Shown in pieces: positions 34,594-46,838 of a stretch of 64,000 bases of DNA (its first letter is position 1; the number at the start of each line of letters is the position of its first letter). The translations under genes were made by a program, and so were the position numbers. This DNA is from Epithemia pelagica (Eukaryota; Protista; Bacillariophyta). The notes beneath the pieces were generated by a model. That model ran no database searches and was not told where the DNA came from. It saw only the letters and a program-made list of their open reading frames with translations. The DNA lies in NCBI GenBank assembly GCA_946965045.2, contig OX337236.1, positions 3,410,001-3,474,000 of the forward strand, given 5' to 3'.

Positions 34594-36102
34594 GATGCTG
34601 ATATCTCACCCTTCTCCACATCGACATTAGCTTGTAAACGCGCAAGGTCCGATACTCACCGTGGTGATGAAGGGACGGATGAAAACCTAGACGTTTTGTA
34701 ATAAGTCATTGACTTGTTTTCTATGTTCGATCGCAATCCTAGAACCTAGTTAGTGTTTACTCAAAAGTAGAAAGAACCTGTTGCAAGATAGAATGTGCTT
34801 GTTTGTTGTCAAAGGCATGGAAGGAACGATCCGACTTGTGTGTGTCTACGAGTGGTACTACGCCTTGGCCATGACCTTGTGGTGGTATCATGGCACTTCT
34901 TTACACGGCAAACCGTCATCGATTGGTAACTGTGGTAGCTACGGCAAGAACCGACTGTGTTGTATTCCAAAAAAGTTCTCAAATTGGCTTTGTTTCAATT
35001 TTCTAGAGTTTGATGAATCCGACAAAAGGACGAAACAGGTGGGTCCAAAAGTCCGATGATGAGAGGATCAGGAGCAGAAGCACGACAAGGCAACACTTTG
35101 TTGGACCGGATGAGGCCCGCTTCTGATGGTTCGATTTTTGGATGGAAGCAAGGAGGGAGGACCGTGTCATGTCCAATCCCGACACGATAACCAAGAACAG
35201 TGTGCCTTTCGGAGGAGTCACCATGCGACCGAATGTGTTCGATTCTTCACCATCCAGTTTCCTGCTTCCATGGTGGATCGGCGGAACCCTACGTCCAGAG
35301 ACGTATACCGCAACCCTTTTTGCAAGACCCTCTTGGCTACGATCGAACAGCCCACGTTGTCTCCTGCGAATGGAATTTCGTCTCGTCAGGAGGACAGTTG
35401 CAACAAGGACAGTGAAGTCCAAGAGGAACCCACCAAATCGGATCGGTCGTGCCAGTTGTCACAATGGACCAGCACGACAACAAGGAATCCAGCCTTGTCG
35501 TTGACACACCACAACCTCCCGAACTACCAACGCAGCAACAAAGAAGAAGGCCCTCATTGTTCTTCCTCCAAATGAACGAAACTGATGGTATCATTGTCGT
35601 GGAAGTTGGACTTTGTGGGCACTTTCGTGCCATGGACGACGACGAGTCAGGAAACATCCACCACCACTATTTCCTGTCGCAGCATGGCTCGTTCGATCGA
35701 TCATGCCTGGAAACAAGCTCCTCCTCATCGCGATGTCGTGCCCCTCAATGCCAGATCCGCCGAAACCTTCTTGCACGATTACAACACTGTCGCACAAGAG
35801 TTCTCTACCTCCACTTTGTGCCTCGCACTGACCTATTCATCATACAAAAGGACCTCTTCATCATCACAAATAATGCTGTCGCTCTCTCGTCGTCTGCCAA
35901 AAGATACTCTTTTCTTGGGGCTTGTCATGAAATCTATGTGCGATTGATTTTCCTTCACCATCGTACGCAGGACAGGCACACCTTTTCTGTCTCCATAAAA
36001 AACACACCGCGGTCTCCACGCAAAAAAGCAAAGCTTCCACGCGTTGCTGTATTATTATTACAAAAATACCCTCTGTCAACGTATTAGTAAAGCGCCGTGA
36101 CC

Positions 36103-37302
36103 ATGACAACGGCACTGAAAGAAGAAGCATGGCAGTCGGGCCTTGTACTCTTGGACGAGACAGCTGAATGGAATTACCAGGACTGGCCCTCTCTTATGGG
36201 AGGAGCTCGTGGAGATCATGCTACGGTCGTTCTTGATCATCCCGACACGGACAAGGACAACAACAACAAGGAACACACCGTCGTCGTGATGGGAGGATAT
36301 CGAACAGGTCAAGGCGAGCTCGATTCGGTTCTTACATTGAATCTATCACACCCCAGCAAGCAGTGGCGAGAAGGACCACCCATGAACAGGGGACGTTCTG
36401 GACATGCCGCTGTTGTTTGCAATGGCGGCGTGTACGTGATGGGAGGATACAGTCGAGGACTTTTGGATTGTATTGAACGAATCGATGCCAATGATGTGCT
36501 GCAATCATCTTCGACATCATGCAGCACACATGAGAGTCATTGGACGACATTGAATTGTCGCTTACCAAGGGGAAAATCAGGATGTTGTGTTGTTGCGGTT
36601 CACAACCGATACATTGTTGTAATGGGTGGCTACAGCAATCGTTATTGGTCGTCGGTGGATATTGTTGATACCAGCAATCACACTCTTATTGAGGGACCAT
36701 CTATGACTGTTCCTCGATCATACTTTGTCAGCGCAGTCGTTGGACACCGCATCTTTGTCGTTGGAGGCCGAAACGATGACAATGTACTTGATTCGGTGGA
36801 GTATTTGGACTTTGCAGAGGAGAGAAAAGACGACTCTTTGACGACAGTCATTTCCTTCTCGTCCGCTTGGACCACTCACTCTGAATTGGTGCTTTCCAAC
36901 CCTCGAGCTTTTTGTGCAATGGTAGCCGTGGGATCTTGTCTGGTGGTGGCGGGAGGACGAAGCAATTTAAGTGTGGAAGTCTTGGATACGCTTCGCAACC
37001 GCGTGTGGAATCTTCGTCGACTGCAAGAACAACGATGGTGCTGCAGTATGGTGACCGTTGCCAATCAAGTTGCCGTGATCGGTGGACTGGACAATCGTAC
37101 CTGTGCGACATTCCCATTAATGGACAAGAATACGTGGTGTTTTCGACGACTCTATGAGCAGCCTCAGAACGAATGGTACCAGTTCCGGGAAGGAATGGGT
37201 ATCCGAGATGCTGACATTTCGCGCTTTTCCACCTCGACATCAGCTCGTAAACGCGCAAGGTCCAATGCGCACCGCGGTGATGAAGGGAAGGATGAAACTT
37301 GA
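36103..37302 (+). CDS. Kelch-repeat protein K8 (~399 aa)
   Basis: MTTALKEEAWQSGLVL start, six blades, RKRAR tail. Confidence 0.9.
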   Translation: MTTALKEEAWQSGLVLLDETAEWNYQDWPSLMGGARGDHATVVLDHPDTDKDNNNKEHTVVVMGGYRTGQGELDSVLTLNLSHPSKQWREGPPMNRGRSGHAAVVCNGGVYVMGGYSRGLLDCIERIDANDVLQSSSTSCSTHESHWTTLNCRLPRGKSGCCVVAVHNRYIVVMGGYSNRYWSSVDIVDTSNHTLIEGPSMTVPRSYFVSAVVGHRIFVVGGRNDDNVLDSVEYLDFAEERKDDSLTTVISFSSAWTTHSELVLSNPRAFCAMVAVGSCLVVAGGRSNLSVEVLDTLRNRVWNLRRLQEQRWCCSMVTVANQVAVIGGLDNRTCATFPLMDKNTWCFRRLYEQPQNEWYQFREGMGIRDADISRFSTSTSARKRARSNAHRGDEGKDET

Positions 37303-39220
37303 AATGTGCAACGTATTGCATGTATGTCGTAACAATAGTGGAATTATAGCATTATCATATTACTCTCAACCAGTAGTTGGATTGTTTTCTTCGTGACATT
37401 GCGACCTATAGAGATATCATGTACCATGTACACCGTTGTACTAGTAGAAAACGAAAGTTACTCTATCCGGCATGACACCGCAAACAGGAGTGGAGCAAGG
37501 CCTTGGGTAAAGATGCCCATGGTACCATGCCTCTCCGCTCGTGAATGAGTCAAGTTATCTTGCTGTGGAAGATTATAGTTACGTGCCTGAAACACTAGGC
37601 GTAGCGACTTGTTTGGACGGTCGTCTTCGTTCCCACCATGCGTTCAATTGTGGGGTCCGGTCCTTTGATGGCGAATGCCTGCGTGAGAGGACAGTAGCGA
37701 TGCTCGTGGCGGTTTTGGGTGACAGGACAATTGCGAATCCTTTGGAATTTTTAGCACCGACGTGTTCGATATTTCCTCCAATACAGCAACTATTCTTTAT
37801 CATGAGGTCGGTAATTTGCTCGCAATGGACCAGAACGACACCACGGATCGAGTTTCGTCGTTGCCACACCATAACCTTCCGAACTACGAACGCTGCCACA
37901 AATGAAGAAGTACCTCAATTGGACGAAACTGCTGACGGCGCCATTGCCGTGGAACCGACTGTGTTCAATTCCATCTTGGAAGTCGGAGCATTGACGGCGG
38001 CGACGACAACGACAACGAATCAGGAAACCTCCACCACCGCTATTCCCTGTCGCACTATTGCTCGTTCGAATGCTAATGCCTGGAAACAAGCTGCTCCCCA
38101 TCGCGATGTCTTGCCCCTCAATGACAGTTCCGCTGAAACCTTGTTGCACGATTATAACACTGTCGAGCAGAGTGTTGGACTTCGATCACTACCGCATTTA
38201 AGCCTCGTACCGAACTCAGCAGTATCAACAACAAAACCACGACCACGAATGGCGCCGATCATGTCTTGGCTGTCGTCTAATAGAACTTGTTCTTGTTCTT
38301 CTTCGTTGGATTCTGGTTCTTGGTGGTGCGAATCTTCGTCTGGTCGATGTGGAAGGGCGATGGGACCCTTTCCCGTAATCAATTCTTTACCTGTTGTTTC
38401 TCCCGTGTCGGGTGCATGACGTAACCGTGTCGATTCAAATGACGATTGCACCAATGACCCTTGTACATGAAATCCTCGACAATGCCCACATAGCTCCAAA
38501 CATCGGATCGAGCCGAGTAAAAGGCCACATAGACCACCAAGGTAATCGCAGTGCCACGGAGCAGCCACCATTGGGTGTCATTTGGCAAGAATGACGAACC
38601 ATTGAGAGTTGTCGCATCTTTATGTGGAGATTTGCTGTCCGTAGATTGGAGCGATGCGAACTTGAGGGTCCATACAAACTCTCGCGAATTGTTCCCCAAC
38701 GTGCTCCACGACCATTCGTCGTTTCATTTTGGGACTGATCCTTGGCCTCGTAATTCAATTGTCACGGATTGAAGAAGGCCACTTCATGGTTGTTGTCCTC
38801 AATCATCGCTTCTTGAAGAGACATGTTGGTGAAATTGATTGATAAGGTCAAGTCGTCGCCGTCCTCATCTTCGCCGTCATCGTGGTCGATGCGACGGAGT
38901 AGTCCCCAGCGGGGGTGAGGAGTCGGGTCGCATATGTGTCGTGCTTTTGGTGTTGTTACTTCTAATTCACGAATTCTTATGACTACCTCCCGCTGGGAGT
39001 TAGTCATGGACGTGCACTATAGCCTGTACCTACAATCTTTATGACAGTAAAAGATACTAATAGGTAGGTAGAAACGCTAGGAATGTTTTGTGGCGCGGGG
39101 TCGACTACAATGGACGATGTGGAATGTGGACGGCCATATCTCTAGTTCCAAGTTCCAACCACCACCATCACAACATGCACTGCGCAACTTTACAGCAATC
39201 GATACCGCTCGAGATGACTT

Positions 39221-40234
39221 TTGATGGTTACAAGAACGAGGTTGCAATGGTCAACCGTGGAACAAGAGCAGTGTCAACAACAGCTCAATGGCGCATCCTG
39301 GGATCGATTTGCCGACCGATTGGCTTTTTCGGATGACACAGTGGCCCGTGTGGCCCGAAAATTGCAACGTCACATCAATCAAATCTTGTATGAGGACGCC
39401 GAATTGGAACCTGTGACAGACAACCATGAGGTGGAGTTGCAGGGCTATGCCACCACGTTGGTGTGGAAAACACCCTTTGAGTCGTTGTACCTCCACAACA
39501 AGAATCCCAAAACAACCAACATGAATCCATTGGAAGCGTTGAGACAGTGTTCCTTGGATGACTTTGAACGTATTGATGGGGCCCTTACGGAGGGTCGACC
39601 ACTCCCCAACCACACGTATAAAAAGATCCACGGCCTGTGGGCAATGTCGTTGCTTCTCGTCGACTCTGTATGCGTAAGGAACCAACAACCAGACAGACTG
39701 TGGACCCTTCATTGCATGTCTGTATATTCCAACAACAACAATAAAACATCACTTTCATCACTGTTACGGGCATTCTCTCCGCTTGCGCTTCAAGGCCTGC
39801 AGCAACTGGATTGTCCTCTTTTCGTCATGTTTCTTCTTGTTCTTGGAAAAGAAAACTACAAGGACTCTACTTGTCTCGACCAGAAATGTTCCACTTATGG
39901 TCCACAAAGCCATATGGTGGCCACCTCTTCTTGTTGGCACCCGCCAACAAATTGCTGTTCTACTGTACACTATACTAGAGGGGATTGGAAACAAACCTTG
40001 GTTGCAGGCAATGAGCATCCTGCCATTCTTGCTGTACGAGTCGAAAGGATGACGGAGGAGCAACGCACATGCCCTGTTGTGCGATATGCTAGTTCCCAAG
40101 GGTGTTTGGCAGGGCTCGGACAATGGCGGAAAAGAGCGACGTATTGCTGGGGTTCTTTGCGAGAGGCACCACGAAACACTGTACTAACCTTACTAGGACG
40201 ACGCATCCAGAAAATAACCTGGCCACGAAACTGA
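39221..40234 (+). CDS. Hypothetical protein of unknown family; broken paralogue at ~19130-19690
   Basis: 337-codon ORF. The block ASWDRFADRL.FSDDTV...YEDAELEPVTDN.EVELQ.YATTLVW...MNPLEALRQCSLDDFERIDGALTEGRPLPNHTYKKIHGLWAMSLLL recurs at 19130-19550 with a frameshift. No domain recognised, and the start is uncertain. Confidence 0.45.
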   Translation: MMVTRTRLQWSTVEQEQCQQQLNGASWDRFADRLAFSDDTVARVARKLQRHINQILYEDAELEPVTDNHEVELQGYATTLVWKTPFESLYLHNKNPKTTNMNPLEALRQCSLDDFERIDGALTEGRPLPNHTYKKIHGLWAMSLLLVDSVCVRNQQPDRLWTLHCMSVYSNNNNKTSLSSLLRAFSPLALQGLQQLDCPLFVMFLLVLGKENYKDSTCLDQKCSTYGPQSHMVATSSCWHPPTNCCSTVHYTRGDWKQTLVAGNEHPAILAVRVERMTEEQRTCPVVRYASSQGCLAGLGQWRKRATYCWGSLREAPRNTVLTLLGRRIQKITWPRN

Positions 40235-40535
40235 CCTTTGCCAGTGCCACGATATGACAGGCACCCGTGTCATTCTGTGAACTCTGACCATTGACCAGCA
40301 GTACTTGCAGGATGGAACAACACGAGCAGTGTCAACCACAACAGCTCGATCGAAGCAACTGTCACGATTTGTCTCGTGACGAAAGCTCGTACCCCTCTTT
40401 GGTCCATCTATTTCGTCAAGTCAGTCGTGCTTCCAGTCCGCATCAATCAGAATCACAACTGTTAGCAAACCTACGTGCCTCTTACAAGACAGTGTCTCGA
40501 TCCTCATAAATTCTGCAGTCGAAACCTTTGGAACC

Positions 40536-41822
40536 ATGGCCACCACACTGAAAGAACAAGCATGGCACTCGGGCCTTGTCCTTTCGGATGAGGCACCTCA
40601 ATGGAATGAAAATGATTGGCCTCCTCTCGAGGGTGGACGGCGCGACGAACATGCTACAGTCGTACTAGATCATCCCGATACGGACAACGACAACAACAAC
40701 AACAACAAGAGACAAACCGTCGTCGTGTTGGGTGGATACCAAGCAGGTCAGGGCAGTCTCGATTCCATTCTTGTATTGAATGTGGCAGCGCCGGACAAGC
40801 ACTGGCGAGAAGGGCCACGCATGAACCAGAAACGTGATGGACATGCCGCTGTTGTGTGCAATGGAGGCATTTACGTGATAGGAGGAAACAATGGAAGATC
40901 ATATTTAGATTGTATCGAACGAATTGACATAAAGAATTTGCTGCATTCACCTTTAACAACAAGCAACAAACATGAGAGGCATTGGACGAGATTGGCATGT
41001 CGCTTATCAACGAGATGATCAGGATGTTGTGATGTTGCGGTTCACAGTCGCGTATCAACGAGACGATCAGGATGTTGTGATGTTGCGGTTCACAACCGAT
41101 ACATTGTTGTAATGGGTGGATGGGATGGAAGGCAAAGGTTGTCGTCGGTGGATATTATTGATACCAGGAACCACACCGTCACTGTGGGACCAAGTATGAC
41201 TGTTCCACGACGATTTTGTACCAGCGCGGTCATTGGTCACCGCATCTTTGTCGTTGGAGGCTATATCGAGAGTGGCAATGTTGACTCGGTGGAGTACTTG
41301 GACTATGCAACACCCTGTGACAGTGATGAGACAGAAAAGGAAACTGACTCGACGTTCATTTCTTTCTCACCCACCTGGACCACTCAGTCGGAGTTGAGGC
41401 TTTCCAATGCACGAATTTCTTGTGCAATGGTTGCCGTGGGATCTTGTCTAGTGGTGGCGGGAGGAGGATGGGGCAATTCATCCGTGGAAGTGTTGGATAT
41501 TCACCGCAACCGCGTGTGGAATCTCCCACCATTCGTGAATCACCGCAATGGCTGCAGTATGGTGACTGTTGTCAATAAAGTTGCCGTGATTGGTGGATGG
41601 AAAATTCCTTCCTGTGCGACATTGCCACTAATCGACAAGAATACATTCTTTCGTCGACTCTGTGAGCAGCAGCCCAATCGATGGTATCATTCTCTTGAAG
41701 GTTTGGGTATCCGAGATGATGATATCTCACCCTTCTCCACATCGACATTAGCTTGTAAACGCGCAAGGTCCGATACTCACCGTGGTGATGAAGGGACGGA
41801 TGAAAACCTAGACGTTTTGTAA
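40536..41822 (+). pseudogene. Kelch-repeat gene K9 interrupted by an in-frame TGA at 41016-41018 inside a 48-bp tandem duplication
   Basis: ORFs 40536-41018 and 41112-41822 are in the same frame. The duplicated unit tatcaacgaga(t/c)gatcaggatgttgtgatgttgcggttcaca has TGA in the first copy and CGA in the second. Confidence 0.85.
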
Positions 41823-43049
41823 TAAGTCATTGACTTGTTTTCTATGTTCGATTGCAATCCTAGAACCTAGTTAGTGTTTACTCAAAAGTAGAAAGAACCT
41901 GTTGCAAGATAGAATGTGCTTGTTTGTTGTCAAAGGCATGGAAGGAACGATCCGACTTGTGTGTGTCTACGAGTGGTACTACGCCTTGGCCATGACCTTG
42001 TGGTGGTATCATGGCACTTCTTTACACGGCAAACCGTCATCGATTGGTAACTGTGGTAGCTACGGCAAGAACCGACTGTGTTGTATTCCAAAAAAGTTCT
42101 CAAATTGGCTTTGTTTCAATTTTCTAGAGTTTGATGAATCCGACAAAAGGACGAAACAGGTGGATCCAAAAGTCCGATGATGAGAGGATCAGGAGCAGAA
42201 GCACGACAAGGCAACACTTTGTTGGACCGGATGAGGCCCGCTTCTGATGGTTCGATTTTTGGATGGAAGCAAGGAGGGAGGACCGTGTCATGTCCAATCC
42301 CGACACGATAACCAAGAACAGTGTCCCTTTCGGAGGAGTCACCATGCGACCGAATGTGTTCGATTCTTCACCATCAAGTTTCCTGCTTCCATGGTGGATC
42401 GGCGGAACCCTACGTCCAGAGACGTATACCGCAACACTTCTTGCAAGACCCTCTTGGCTACGATCGAACAACCCACGTTGTCTCCTGCGAATGGAATTTC
42501 GTCTCGTCAGGAGGACAGATGCAACAAGGACAGTGAAGTCCCTCCAGAACAAGTCCAAGAGGAACCCACCAAATCGGATCGGTCGTGCCAGTTGTCGCAA
42601 TGGACCAGCACGACAACAAGGAATCGAGCCTTATCGTTGACACACCACAACCTCCCGAACTACCTACGCAGCCACAAAGAAGAAGGCCCTCATTGTTCTT
42701 CCTCCAAATGAACGAAACTGATGGTATCATTGTCGTGGAAGTTGGACTTTGTGGGCACTTTCGTGCCATGGACGACGACGAGTCAGGAAACATCCACCAC
42801 CACTATTTCCTGTCGCAGCATGGCTCGTTCGATCGATCATGCCTGGAAACAAGCTCCTCCTCATCGCGATGTCGTGCCCCTCAATGCCAGATCCGCCGAA
42901 ACCTTCTTGCACGATTACAACACTGTCGCACAAGAGTACTCTACCTCCACTTTGTGCCTCGCACTGACCTATTCATCATACAAAAGGACCTCTTCATCAC
43001 AAATAATGCTGTCGCTCTCTCCCTCTCTTCGTCGACCAAAAGATACTTT
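41680..43049 (+). repeat. Segmental duplicate of ~34560-35910; also copied in inverted orientation at ~59070-60106
   Basis: Near-identical spacer DNA and identical spurious ORFs (34781/41902, 35126/42247/59438). Confidence 0.9.
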
Positions 43050-43542
43050 ATTTCGTGCCAGGCCAAAGTCGAGGCCAAGCCAACCACGATATTCGTCTGT
43101 CTGCCACACCAAACTTTGGCCCAGGCCACTGGCCTGCCAGTAGTATCACGTCATTATTTTCAGAATAATTACTTATTATTTCTCCCAGGCCAACGGTCTG
43201 ACCCTCTTCCAATGCAGTCTGTCCTTACCACCAAAGACATAAGATACATACGGCGATAGGTGCATGCATACTCTCAGTCGCCAAAGCATACCGTCCTCAA
43301 TGGACGGCATTCCAGGCGTTCATCGCCCTGATACTACTGTACAAATCCATTCGTAGATGCCTGGGGATGCAGCGTTTACCCATCTTCCACTCTTTTTTGT
43401 TGCATGGCATTGGCCATCATTGGCCATCCTATTTCATGTCCAAATCATTAGGAACGATCATCATAGGCATCCACATCTTCTTTTACGCATAGGCTAAGAT
43501 AGAAACAGTCTCATAATTTCATTAAAGAGGCAACTACAAAGC

Positions 43543-46500
43543 ATGTCCACCCCTCCTTCTCGTGCCCCTTCTTCTCGTCGTTGTCGTCCTCATCGTGAGG
43601 AGGAAGATGACTCCCTTGTCAGCAGTCCTGAGCGATCTCCCCAGCGTACTCCACGCAATGGATCTACAACAACGCCTACTCCTACAACGCCTGCTCCTAC
43701 AACCCCTACGGCTAACGCTACAGCAACGGAGATGGAGGAGGAATCTCCCATCGGTATGGACGACGAAGAGATGGAAACGATGATGGAATCATTGACGAAA
43801 ACCGTAAGCGATTCTCTCAAAAACGAAAATACGAGAAAAGCGTACGAATACAAAATCAAGGAGTATTTGAGTTTTTGCCGAATTCACCGTGCCTACCTGC
43901 CTGCTGGATCGCAGTTTCTCGTGGATGAACCCGGTACTTTCTATTTTATTTTTTACAACGTGTTTCGCGAAAAAACAAAAGGAAAACGAAAAAAACCTGG
44001 AGATTTCGATTACGCAGACTTCAAGCATGTTATCAGAACATACAAGCCTATCATCAATCTTCTGAAACACTCTCCCGGTGCCAAAATCCCTCCAGGCAAT
44101 CTTGATCCCACTAACCCCCTCTCCGAATCTACAATCAATACGTACAGGAGTGCTCTCAAACACCAATGGGACACTCAGGGGTCGAAGAAAGACGGAGAAC
44201 GAGTATGGAGCGATGTGGACTCTCCACGTGTCCGATCTCTGATATATATAGCGAAGGTACGTTTAACCAGTGAATTGGTGACTGTCTGTCGACTGTTGAC
44301 CCTGTCTGTGCATATCATCTCTCATAACTATTATTTCTACAGTCACGGACTACCCGTGTTAAGAAACGTAACTACAAGGAGAAAGTGAATGAGACATCTC
44401 CCTTCGAGCATTTTGAAATGATTAACAAGATCGAGTATATGTTTTGGTCTCGCGGTTGCAGGTATGACGGAAAGTCGAATACCAACAAGACTGTCTTTGC
44501 TTCTTTACGACACCGCTTTTCATTCTTGATGAACTACGCCTCTATACTACGGAGCGAGAGTCTGCATCTAGCGGAATTGTCCGACCTAAGAGTTTTTGCG
44601 ATTAACCGTCCTGGCGATATCGACAAGATGCCGATTGTACTCATGGAGTGCCAAACGGGAAAGACCATAAAAGCCGGTGCACCATCACAGTTTGCTCGTG
44701 CAACACGTCATCGAAACGTAATGGCCTGTCCCATTGGAGCAATGGCTATGTATTTGTTTTTTCGGTTCCATATGACCGAGGAATTCTCTGGAACATTCAA
44801 CCAACCTGATTTACGGAACAACTCTTCTTGGTTTGACTTCAAAATTCTTACAAGTGCAGATGGTTCACCTACAGAATCAGTGAAGGTTTCGAATTTTCGT
44901 ACAGAAATCGAGAATATCTTCAATCAACTCGGTATCGTGTCGGACTACACTACCCACTGGTGCAGGCACATTGCACCGACTCATTGCGAATTCAAAGAGA
45001 TAAGCCCTGAGCTTATCAAACAGTTAGGTAAGTGTTCGCTGGTACTACTCTGCTCATATGACAGCCAAATGTATCTCACTGGTTTATATTTTTGTACACA
45101 GGTAACTGGGATAGAGATACCCAAGAGACACGTTATTCTTCTAAAATACCTATTGCTGCGATCCGTTGTATGGCTGGCTTCGAACAGTCTGACGGATACT
45201 GGCTACCCAGAGACAGACTGACCGTACCACCTTCACTGGCACAAAAAATATGGCCCTGGCTGGAACAGAAGGAGGAATGGGTTTCATCAGACTTAACAGA
45301 TGCCGAAAAAGAGCAGAACACGAGTGCCAGGAAGAAACACCCTACCGCATATTGTTTCCTACATTTCCTCCGTTTTCTCCGTGATGTCCTTATACAAGAT
45401 GTGGCTGCCATTATGTCGATTCTCGAGCACCCTGACCCTACCGACTCGCAAGAGTCAGAAATCCGTTTGACACACATTCTTTTTACTGATTTTCCCATAT
45501 TCCAAGATCCTGAGTTTCTGGCCTATAAAGACGAAATGCACAAGTTACTTTCGAAACTTAACGAAACTTCCCAAGATCCCAAGATACGTGCTATTGACCA
45601 GTGTCTTCCCGGTGTGAATCAACGATTTGAGCATCTCAATGTGGAACATGAAATTTTGAAGGAACACATGTACCAGATTTTCTTTGAAATCGACAATGTT
45701 AAGGAAAGTATGACGAAGAGTACAGAGGCTATTATCAACCACTTGAAGCAAATGGAAATTCGGATGAACATGGAAACTGATCGGAAAATCATGCGTTTCT
45801 CCGAGGCCATATCATCATCTTTCCAATCCCGGATCGGAACAACTGTCGAAGCCATATCCGAAGCGACACAACATGCAGCTCGAATCACCTTCTCCACGAA
45901 TGAAAACGAAGGCAACGATGTCACAGATACTGACCCCACCAATGAAATCTCTTCACCAGCCCGACAACCAGTGCCTCCTCCACCACCTTCACCACAAGAT
46001 GCATTTGCAGCCGCCTTCCCACCACCTTCACCACAACAAGATGCATTTGCAGCCGCCTTCCCATGTACTCTTCCGTCACCCAATACCGTACACCCTTCCC
46101 CCGAGTCTGACACTCCAACTAATGACCCCCCGAATGTTTCTCCGAACAATCCCTCTCCGTCGGAAGACAATATCGAAAATTTCCTCGGTATGAAACTACC
46201 GTGCACCCATGTTGCAAGACACCGACTAACGATGAAGCGTTTGTACTTTGAGTTTTTTGGTCTTGGCGAACGACAGGATCAACCAGTGAAACTTGGATTC
46301 CATGGTCTTGACCTGAAATTCCAATTCCATTGGCGGAAACCATATCAACAAAGCGACAAGACATTGTACTCTCGTGTCCAGACTATCGTACGGGGCATAG
46401 CTACTCATCATGGCGTTGAGTTTGGTTCGTGGTCGGACGACATCGAGGCATTCTGTCTCAAATGGGATCCCTTTCTTCAACGCAAAGGGGTAGCTGGCGT

Positions 46501-46627
46501 GTTCCGTCAATTTCAGAAAGACGGAATCACCACCAAACGCGGAAATCGATCGCCAAACACTCCACCACCATCCACACAAAACAACACTCCTACAATTCAC
46601 CCGCGAGTAACTCCTGCCAGTACATAA
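43543..46627 (+). CDS. Crypton-like tyrosine recombinase (Ndc10 domain II-like) with C-terminal GCR1_C-like domain; 3 exons (43543-44256, 44343-45027, 45102-46627), ~974 aa
   Basis: YR motifs LRHRFSFL..ASILRSES..AELSDL (catalytic R), RHRNVMACPIGAMAMYLFFRF, THWCR (HxxR), LGNW and TRY...AIRCMAGF (catalytic Y). Introns gtacgt...ctacag (86 bp) and gtaagt...acacag (74 bp) restore one frame. C-terminal TMKRLYFEFFGLG...HWRK...YSRVQTIV resembles GCR1_C. Confidence 0.85.
45980..46060 (+). repeat. In-frame tandem repeat in the recombinase linker (PPPSPQDAFAAAF / PPPSPQQDAFAAAF)
   Basis: 39-bp and 42-bp units ccaccaccttcaccaca(aca)agatgcatttgcagccgccttc. Confidence 0.85.
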
Positions 46628-46838
46628 TTTGATATAGTCTACAATAACATAGATTTCATTACCTCATACCATCAGCATAGAGTGGAGTTTAAGCGAACGT
46701 AGCTCCAAGCAGGTGGAGTACATGGTAGTGGGGTATGCCGTGTTTCCGACACAGCGGAGTAGTGCTCTCTGGCGTTACACGGCACCTTCCTTTCCCCTTA
46801 AGATCGTCGTCATAGTTTTTACAAAACTCATTTTGACA

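Noticed and set aside
34781-36090. 100-220-aa ORFs in duplicated spacers (35126, 35449, 42247, 42585, 59205, 59438)
   Set aside because: Several overlapping frames are equally open, indels between copies shift frames freely, and no domain is recognisable. They recur only because the DNA is duplicated.
43543-46627. Calling the YR a Starship captain (DUF3435) or a domesticated host Ndc10/Gcr1 gene
   Set aside because: The motifs read as Crypton/Ndc10-II + GCR1_C-type, and the empty-site evidence shows an insertion rather than a fixed host gene. The Starship comparison is architectural only.
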